42,448 nucleotides of DNA. Origin: Myxococcota bacterium. Its GTDB lineage: Bacteria; Myxococcota_A; UBA9160; PR03. The notes beneath the pieces are model-generated. The model was not told where the DNA came from. It did not search any database and saw nothing but the letters and a program-made list of their open reading frames with translations. The stretch covers positions 1 through 42,448 of the forward strand of contig JBFGJV010000002.1 of the NCBI GenBank assembly GCA_041577015.1, written 5' to 3'. This document shows, one piece after another, positions 36,095-42,448 of the stretch. The translations under genes and the position numbers were made by a program. Numbering within the stretch: the first letter of the stretch is position 1; every line of letters begins with the position of its first letter.

Positions 36095-37816
36095 ATGAAG
36101 CCTCTCGATCGAAGTCGCGGTCTCCTCGTCGCTCTCCTCGCGCTGGCTCTCGCCAGCGGCTGCACGACGGTCCCGAGCGACCGGCCCGATGCTCCCGAGG
36201 CGGGGGCCACGAGCCCGAGCGCAGAGTCCACGCCCCGCGCCGAAGGCGCGCCGCCTTCGGAGGTGAGCGACGCCCTGCTGCCGCCGCTCGATCTGGAGCC
36301 GGCGGCGGACGAGCAGACGCGCGAGCCGCGCTTCGACATCGCGGTGAAGGACGCACCCGCGCGCGACTTCTTCATGGGGCTCGTGGAGGACACGCCCCAC
36401 AGCATCGTGCTGGATCCCGCCGTCGAGGGGATGATCTCGCTCACGCTCAAGAACGCACGGGTGGTGGACGTGATGGACGCCGTCCGGGACGTCTACGGCT
36501 ACGAGTACCGCCGCACCGACTACGGCTTCCACGTGCTCCCGCGCGGTCTCAAGAGCCAGATCTTCCGCATCGACTACCTCGACGTGGCGCGCCTGGGAAG
36601 CTCGCAGACGCGCGTCAGCTCGGGCCAGGTCTCCGAGGGCCAGCGGAGCCTGAAACGCCGGGACGGCCTGGTGGAGGGCGAGAAGGCCCCCGCCTCGATC
36701 TCCGGCACTCGCGTGGAGACCCGTTCCAAGGCGGACTTCTGGCGCGAGCTGGTGCAGGCGCTCGAGGCGATCGTGAGCGATGGCGAAGGTCGCGAGATCG
36801 TGGCGAGTCCGCACACCGGCGTCGTCGTGGTGCGTGCCAGCCCCGGCGAGCTGCGTGAGGTGAGCTCGTTCCTGGAGTCGGTCCGGGCCAGCCTCCAGCG
36901 GCAGGTGGTCCTGGAGGCGAAGATCCTCGAGGTCGAGCTGAGCGACGGCTACCAGACCGGCATCAACTGGGCCTACCTGGCCAACGAGGATCCGGACGTC
37001 CTGCTGGGCCAGACCGGTGGTGGCACCTCGATCGACGACGGCGTCTCCGAGATCGCCGGCAACACCGGAATCCTGGATCCGCTGATGGCGGCCCTGCCCG
37101 AGGGCACCGCGACCTCCGCCTTCGGAGGCGTCTTCACCGCGGCGATCGAAGGCACCGATTTCACGGCGTTCATCGAGCTGCTGGAGACCCAGGGCAACGT
37201 GCACACGCTCTCGAGCCCGCGCGTCTCCACGCTGAACAACCAGAAGGCCGTGATCAAGGTGGGGAGCGACGAGTTCTTCGTGACGGACATCTCCACGACG
37301 ACCGTGACCGGCGCAGCCACCACCACCTCGCCGGACATCACCCTGACGCCCTTCTTCTCGGGGATCGCCCTGGACGTGACGCCGCAGGTGGGCGAGAGCG
37401 GCTGGATCACGCTCCACATCCATCCCTCCATCAGCGAGGTGCAGGACCAGCTCAAGAGCTTCTCGATCGGCGGTGAGGACGGCGACTTCAGCCTTCCGCT
37501 GGCGCTCAGCACGATCCGCGAGTCGGACAGCGTGGTGCGGGCCCGGAGCGGTCAGGTGGTGGTGATCGGGGGACTCATGCAGCGCGACGAAAGGTACGAC
37601 GACGCGGGGATCCCGTATCTCGACCGCATCCCGGTGCTCGGGCGCCTGTTCCGGCACGAGCGCGAGGACACGCGCAAGGTGGAGCTCGTGATCCTGCTGC
37701 GTCCCACCGTGGTGGACGAGGAAACCTGGGGGACGGTGCTGGACGCCACGGGCGAACGGCTGCAGGAGCTGCGACCGGGCTCGGAGGAATCGCTCCACCT
37801 GGGATGGACGGACTGA
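36095..37816 (+). CDS. mshL: type IV pilus secretin, MshL-type lipoprotein
   Basis: 573-aa ORF. Lipobox LALASGC. N-domains. C-terminal secretin domain: LSSPRVSTLNNQKAVIKVGSDEFFV ... GIPYLDRIPVLGRLFRHEREDTRKVELVILLRPTVV. Confidence 0.88.
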   Translation: MKPLDRSRGLLVALLALALASGCTTVPSDRPDAPEAGATSPSAESTPRAEGAPPSEVSDALLPPLDLEPAADEQTREPRFDIAVKDAPARDFFMGLVEDTPHSIVLDPAVEGMISLTLKNARVVDVMDAVRDVYGYEYRRTDYGFHVLPRGLKSQIFRIDYLDVARLGSSQTRVSSGQVSEGQRSLKRRDGLVEGEKAPASISGTRVETRSKADFWRELVQALEAIVSDGEGREIVASPHTGVVVVRASPGELREVSSFLESVRASLQRQVVLEAKILEVELSDGYQTGINWAYLANEDPDVLLGQTGGGTSIDDGVSEIAGNTGILDPLMAALPEGTATSAFGGVFTAAIEGTDFTAFIELLETQGNVHTLSSPRVSTLNNQKAVIKVGSDEFFVTDISTTTVTGAATTTSPDITLTPFFSGIALDVTPQVGESGWITLHIHPSISEVQDQLKSFSIGGEDGDFSLPLALSTIRESDSVVRARSGQVVVIGGLMQRDERYDDAGIPYLDRIPVLGRLFRHEREDTRKVELVILLRPTVVDEETWGTVLDATGERLQELRPGSEESLHLGWTD

Positions 37817-38725
37817 GTGAGCCTCGTCGGCGACGTGCCCGAGGTTCTCGCGCGACGCGCGCTGCTCGGGGGCGCCGCGCTCGGCGTGGCGCTCGGCATC
37901 GCACTGCTCTCCGGCGTGGGCGCCGAGGAGGGAGCGCCGGAGCAGGCCGACGCGGAGCCCGTCCCGCCCCCCACGGCGGTGCTCGCTGCGCCCTCCCGGG
38001 AGACGATGCCACCCGTCGCCACCGCGCCCTCGACCCCGCCGCTACCCACGGGCGGGCTCGAGGCCGATGTCGCCGCGTGGGAGGCTCCGTGGCACCCGGA
38101 GCCGCCGCCGCTTGCCTCGCTGCACAAGCAGCCCCGGCCGCTCACGGCCAGCGAGCGGGCGGGCCGCATGCACCGGGAGGCCCTGGAGCGCGCCGCGCAC
38201 GGCGACGCCTCCGGAGCGTCCGACCTGCTCCGCGCCGCGCTCCAGGTGGATCCCGCCCATGTGGCCGCTCGGCGCACGCTGGCCTCGCTTCTCGTCCGGG
38301 ACGGCCAGGTGGACGAGGCGCTGTCGATCGCGGAGCAGGGACTCGAGCGCGACCCCAGCCAGTTTGCGCTGGCGAAGCTGGCGGCCCGCGTGCTGGTGGA
38401 TCGGGGCGAGGTGGCCGCGGCGCTCGCGCGGCTCGAAGTGGCCCCGCCCCCGCTCCACGCGGATCCCGAGTACCACGCGTTTCGGGCCGCGCTGCACCAG
38501 CGAGCCGGTGACCACGAGCGCGCTTCCGGGCTGTACCGCCAGGTGCTGCGACGCCAGCCGCGCCAAGGCCTCTGGTGGCTGGGTCTCGGCATCTCCCTTG
38601 AGGCCCGGGGCCGGCCCGCCGACGCCGCGCGCGCCTACCGCAACGCGCTCGCGGTCCAGGCGCTCGACGCCGCGTCCCGAGGCTGGGTGGATGCACGGCT
38701 GCGCGCCCTGCAGGAGGCGCCGTGA
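37817..38725 (+). CDS. mshN: TPR-repeat pilus biogenesis protein, MshN-like
   Basis: GTG comes immediately after the mshL stop. N-terminal TM (LLGGAALGVALGIALL). Pro-rich linker. TPR-like repeats in the C-terminal ~190 aa. It lies between the secretin and the ATPase, as mshN does. Confidence 0.65.
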   Translation: MSLVGDVPEVLARRALLGGAALGVALGIALLSGVGAEEGAPEQADAEPVPPPTAVLAAPSRETMPPVATAPSTPPLPTGGLEADVAAWEAPWHPEPPPLASLHKQPRPLTASERAGRMHREALERAAHGDASGASDLLRAALQVDPAHVAARRTLASLLVRDGQVDEALSIAEQGLERDPSQFALAKLAARVLVDRGEVAAALARLEVAPPPLHADPEYHAFRAALHQRAGDHERASGLYRQVLRRQPRQGLWWLGLGISLEARGRPADAARAYRNALAVQALDAASRGWVDARLRALQEAP

Positions 38726-40509
38726 CGCCGCCGGCCGTCGCAAAGCGCGTGGGCCGCCAGAAGCTCAGGATCGGCCGCCTGCTCATCGCGAACGGGCTGA
38801 TCAGCGACGAGCAGCTCGAGACCGCGCTCCAGGAGCAGAAGAAGCGCGGGCGCAAGCTCGGGCAGATGCTGGTGGAGCTGGGCTACCTGAGCGAGGAACG
38901 CCTGCTCGAGTTCCTGGCCGAGCAGCTCGGCATCCCCTTCGTCGACCTGCGCCACTATCACTTCAATCCGGACGTGGCGCAGCGGCTGCCCGAGACCCAC
39001 GCGCGCCGCTTCCGCGCCGTGATCCTCGAGGACGCGGGGCGGGACTTCGTCGTGGGCATGGTGGACCCCACCGACGTCTTCGCCGCCGACGAGGTGGCCC
39101 GCATCCTGAAGCGACCGATCCGCCAGGCGCTGGTTCGCGAGTCCGACCTGCTGGCCACGATCGACCGCCTCTACCGGCGCACCGGCGAGATCACGAACCT
39201 GGCCGAGGAGCTCCAGGAGGAGCTGGCCGCCAACGACTTCGACCTGGGCGACCTCGAGGTGGGCGAGGAGTCCACCGACGCGCCGGTGTTCCGGCTGCTG
39301 CGCTCGCTGTTCGAGGACGCCGTGCAGGTGGGGGCCTCCGACATCCACATCGAGCCGGACGAGACCGCGCTGCGCGTCCGACAGCGCGTGGACGGCGTGC
39401 TCCAGGAGCAGCGGATCCAGGGGGGGCGCATCGCCTCCGCGCTGGTGCTGCGGCTCAAGCTGATGTCGGGCCTCGACATCTCCGAGAAGCGACTGCCCCA
39501 GGACGGTCGCTTCCACCTCAAGGTGAGGGGCCACGGCGTCGACGTGCGCCTCTCCACGATGCCGGTCCAGCACGGCGAGTCGGTGGTGATGCGGCTGCTG
39601 GACCAGTCCGCGGAGGCCCTGAGTCTCGACGACACCGGCATGCCCCCGGAGATGGTCGAGCGCATCCGCGGGCTCATTCGCATCCCGCACGGGCTGCTGC
39701 TGGTCACCGGACCCACCGGCAGCGGCAAGACCACCACGCTCTACGGTGCCCTTCGCGAGTTGAACTCGGCGGAGAAGAAGATCATCACCGTGGAAGACCC
39801 GGTGGAGTACCGCCTGCCTCGCGTGAACCAGGTGCAGGTCAACACGAAGATCGATCTGACCTTCGCCCGCGTGCTGCGAGCCGCGCTGCGCCAGGATCCG
39901 GACATCGTCATGGTGGGTGAGATGCGCGACCAGGAGACCGCCGTGATCGGCCTGCGCGCCGCCATGACCGGACACCTGGTGCTCTCGACGCTCCACACCA
40001 ACGACGCCGTGAGCAGCGCGCTGCGCCTGGTGGACATGGGTGCGCCCGGCTACCTGGCCGGGGCCGCGCTGCGCGCGATCGTGGCCCAGCGTCTGGTGCG
40101 GCGCATCTGCGAGAGCTGTCGAGCGCCCTACGAGCTGGAGACCGGCGAGCGGGTCTGGCTGGAGGCGCGAGTGGGGCCCGACGCCGGCCGGCTCTCCTTC
40201 CAGCATGGTCCCGGCTGTACCCAGTGCAACGGCACCGGCTATCGCGGCCGGCTCGGCGTCTTCGAGCTGCTGCAGGTGGACGCGGCCATGGCCGATGCCC
40301 TGCGCCACGACGATCCCGGAGCCTACGCCGAGGCGGCGCGACGACGCCAGGACTTCCGTCCCCTGACGCTGTCGGCGCTGGACTACGCGGCCCGGGGCGT
40401 CACCACCCTGGCCGAGGTGCTCCGCGTGGCCGAGGACCGCGAGGACCGCATCGGGGCGCCGCGCCGGGCTCCGGCGGACGGCTCCGCCGCCGCATCCGCG
40501 GGGGCCTGA
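38722..40509 (+). CDS. mshE: type IV pilus extension ATPase MshE (GspE/PilB family) with N-terminal MshEN c-di-GMP-binding domain
   Basis: GTG overlaps the mshN stop (GTGA). Tandem 24-aa motifs RIGRLLIANGLISDEQLETALQEQ and KLGQMLVELGYLSEERLLEFLAEQ. Walker A GPTGSGKTTT. DIVMVGEMRD. LVLSTLHTND. Tetracysteine CESC...CTQC. Confidence 0.92.
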   Translation: MTPPAVAKRVGRQKLRIGRLLIANGLISDEQLETALQEQKKRGRKLGQMLVELGYLSEERLLEFLAEQLGIPFVDLRHYHFNPDVAQRLPETHARRFRAVILEDAGRDFVVGMVDPTDVFAADEVARILKRPIRQALVRESDLLATIDRLYRRTGEITNLAEELQEELAANDFDLGDLEVGEESTDAPVFRLLRSLFEDAVQVGASDIHIEPDETALRVRQRVDGVLQEQRIQGGRIASALVLRLKLMSGLDISEKRLPQDGRFHLKVRGHGVDVRLSTMPVQHGESVVMRLLDQSAEALSLDDTGMPPEMVERIRGLIRIPHGLLLVTGPTGSGKTTTLYGALRELNSAEKKIITVEDPVEYRLPRVNQVQVNTKIDLTFARVLRAALRQDPDIVMVGEMRDQETAVIGLRAAMTGHLVLSTLHTNDAVSSALRLVDMGAPGYLAGAALRAIVAQRLVRRICESCRAPYELETGERVWLEARVGPDAGRLSFQHGPGCTQCNGTGYRGRLGVFELLQVDAAMADALRHDDPGAYAEAARRRQDFRPLTLSALDYAARGVTTLAEVLRVAEDREDRIGAPRRAPADGSAAASAGA

Positions 40510-40514
40510 GCGTC

Positions 40515-41741
40515 TTGGCGGTCTTCGCCTACCGAGCGCGCAACGCCCAGGGCCTGCTGGTGGAGGCGGAGATGGAGGGCGCCACGCCCGAGGCGGTGGC
40601 CTCGCAGCTGCTCGCCACGGGGGTCGTGCCGGTGCGGATCGCTCCGGTGGAGGAGGACGGGGAGGAGGCGCCCAGCTTGCCCCTCGCCATCCTCACCGAG
40701 CGGGTGAGCGCCGAGGACCGCATCGTCTTCTGCCGCCACATGTACCGGCTCTCGAAGGCGGGCATCCCCATCGTGCGGGCCATGAACGGCCTGGCCGACA
40801 GCACCCGCAACCGCGCCTTCGCCCGTATCCTGCGTGCGGTGTGCGAGTCACTCCGCTCGGGTCACGAGCTGAGCGATGCCCTGGCGCTCCATCCTCGCGT
40901 CTTCTCCACGCTCTTCGTGGCCGTGATCCGCGTGGGCGAGAACACCGGGCGCCTGGAGGAGGCCTTCGGGCAGATCGGAAGCTACCTCGAGCTGGATCGC
41001 GAGACGCGCAAGCGCATCAAGGCCGCCACCCGCTATCCCAAGCTCGTGCTGCTGGCCATCGGGGCGGCCATGGTGCTGATCAATCTGTTCGTGATTCCGT
41101 CCTTCGTGAAGACCTTCGAAGGCCTCGGCGCGGAGCTGCCCTGGGCCACGCGCGTGCTCATCGCCACCTCCAACTTCACCGTGGCCCACTGGCACCACCT
41201 GCTCCTGCTCGGCCTGGGCGCCGCGGTCGCCGTGCGGCTCTGGCTGCGCACGTCCGACGGTCGGCTGCGCTGGCATCGGGCCAAGCTGCGCATCCCGATC
41301 GTGGGCAGCATCGTCGAGCGGGCCACGCTGGCCCGCTATGCGCGCTCCTTCGCCATGACCTTCACCGCGGGCGTGCCCGTGATCCAGACGCTCCAGATCG
41401 TGGCGCGGGCCGTGGACAACGACTGGATCGCGTCCGGCATCCGCGCCATGCAGAGCGGTATCGAGCGCGGCGAGACGTTGGCGCGCGCGGCGGCCGCGAG
41501 CGGCCTCTTCGACCCGCTGATGCTCCAGATGATCGCCGTGGGCGAAGAGAGCGGGGCGCTCGGGGACATGCACCGCGAGGTGGCCGAGACCTACGAGAGC
41601 GAGGTGGACTACGACCTGAAGCGTCTCAGCGACAACCTGGAGCCGTTGCTCATCGTGGGCATCGGGGCGGTGGTGCTGGTGCTGGCGCTGGGCGTCTATC
41701 TCCCCATGTGGGACCTGGCCACGGCGGTGAAGTCCGGATGA
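40515..41741 (+). CDS. mshG: type IV pilus platform protein MshG (GspF/PilC family)
   Basis: Real part of ORF 40224..41741. TTG at 40515 gives (M)AVFAYRARNAQG. Two GspF-type repeats and 3 TM segments. Confidence 0.88.
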   Translation: MAVFAYRARNAQGLLVEAEMEGATPEAVASQLLATGVVPVRIAPVEEDGEEAPSLPLAILTERVSAEDRIVFCRHMYRLSKAGIPIVRAMNGLADSTRNRAFARILRAVCESLRSGHELSDALALHPRVFSTLFVAVIRVGENTGRLEEAFGQIGSYLELDRETRKRIKAATRYPKLVLLAIGAAMVLINLFVIPSFVKTFEGLGAELPWATRVLIATSNFTVAHWHHLLLLGLGAAVAVRLWLRTSDGRLRWHRAKLRIPIVGSIVERATLARYARSFAMTFTAGVPVIQTLQIVARAVDNDWIASGIRAMQSGIERGETLARAAAASGLFDPLMLQMIAVGEESGALGDMHREVAETYESEVDYDLKRLSDNLEPLLIVGIGAVVLVLALGVYLPMWDLATAVKSG

Positions 41742-42286
41742 GGAGGGCAGGCTTCACGCTCCTCGAGCTGCTGGTCGTGATCTGCATCGTCGCCGTGTTG
41801 GCTCTGCACCTGAACCGTCGCCTCCAGCTGCTCCAGGTGGACGCGGAGCATGCCGCGGTGGAGCACGTGGTGGGCACGCTGCGCAGCGCGGTGGCGCTGG
41901 AGGTGGCAAGCCACGTGCTGCGCGGAGAGCCGGCGTCGCTGCGGGTTTTGCTGGACACGAACCCGATGGATCGCCTGGCGGAGCGCCCCGGCAACTACCT
42001 GGGGGAGCTGGACGCTCCCGATCCGACCACGGTCCCAGGCGGGCGGTGGTACTTCGACCGGGGCGAGCGCGTGCTCATCTACCGGGTGCGCCACGGGGAA
42101 TTCGTCGAGACGCCTCTCCCGGGGCCATCCCGGATTCGGTTCAAGTACCGGCTGCTGACTGCCGATTCCACCCCCGACGGAGAATTCGAGCCCCATGGAC
42201 AGGAGATCCGGGGGCTCACCTTGACGGCGGTCGAGCCCTACCGATGGCTCGATCCCCGCGGAGCGAAGAAGGACCAGACATCATGA
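41738..42286 (+). CDS. mshF: MshF-like protein with prepilin-type N-terminus
   Basis: Real part of ORF 40841..42286. ATG at 41738 overlaps the mshG stop (ATGA). MRRAG|FTLLELLVVICIVAVLAL is a class III signal with Glu at +5. Its position matches mshF. Confidence 0.6.
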   Translation: MRRAGFTLLELLVVICIVAVLALHLNRRLQLLQVDAEHAAVEHVVGTLRSAVALEVASHVLRGEPASLRVLLDTNPMDRLAERPGNYLGELDAPDPTTVPGGRWYFDRGERVLIYRVRHGEFVETPLPGPSRIRFKYRLLTADSTPDGEFEPHGQEIRGLTLTAVEPYRWLDPRGAKKDQTS

Positions 42287-42448
42287 CTTCCCGAACCCGA
42301 TCCGGCTTCACCATCATCGAGCTCGTGGTCGTCATTGCCCTGCTGGGGATCCTGGCGGCCGTGGCGCTCCCGAAGTTCGTGGACCTGACCAGCGAGGCCC
42401 GCACCGCGGCGCTGAACGGCGTGCGCGGCGGCTTCACGGCGGGCGTAC
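42283..42448 (+). CDS. type IV (MSHA-type) pilin, 5' partial at the window edge
   Basis: Not in the ORF track because it has no stop in the window. ATG at 42283 overlaps the mshF stop (ATGA). It translates to MTSRTRSG|FTIIELVVVIALLGILAAVALPKFVDLTSEARTAALNGVRGGFTAGV. Confidence 0.85.
   Translation, partial: MTSRTRSGFTIIELVVVIALLGILAAVALPKFVDLTSEARTAALNGVRGGFTAGV

Overview
Very GC-rich, tightly packed bacterial chromosomal segment. By my count only about 1 kb of 42.4 kb is non-coding. All functional calls come from motifs read in the supplied translations; no searches were run. I support 35 protein-coding genes and found no rRNA, tRNA, CRISPR array, IS element, integrase or recognisable defence island.

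Gene content in order:
- 2OG/Fe(II) oxygenase
- cfa plus a small exported protein
- a truncated ArsC/LMW-PTP-like remnant
- a REC-PAS-GGDEF-EAL c-di-GMP protein
- beta-CASP MBL nuclease
- SDH-type Clp-fold serine protease
- MscS-family channel coupled to corA
- Ntn-hydrolase (penicillin/AHL acylase family) coupled to lutABC
- aminotransferase, PP2C phosphatase and asnS as one coupled unit
- SMP-30 lactonase
- TauE
- fused otsA-otsB
- TetR with an MFP and RND efflux pump
- CPA1 antiporter with an RCK domain
- pqqB, pqqCD and pqqE
- an MSHA-type type IV pilus locus, divergent from pqq, in the order mshI-J-K-L-N-E-G-F-pilin, which runs off the right edge

Many longest-ORF starts in the track are artefacts of the GC content. 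True starts are mostly GTG, TTG or ATG codons that overlap the upstream stop by 4 nt.

I do not see a clearly novel system. The most interesting points are:
- the MSHA-like locus lacks mshM, and its MshE carries textbook tandem c-di-GMP-binding motifs
- the pqq operon has a pqqC-pqqD fusion and no detectable pqqA
- the shared pqq/msh control region contains two strong dyad symmetries
- the aminotransferase-PP2C-asnS operon is an unusual combination
- three convergent gene pairs share a CTAG double stop
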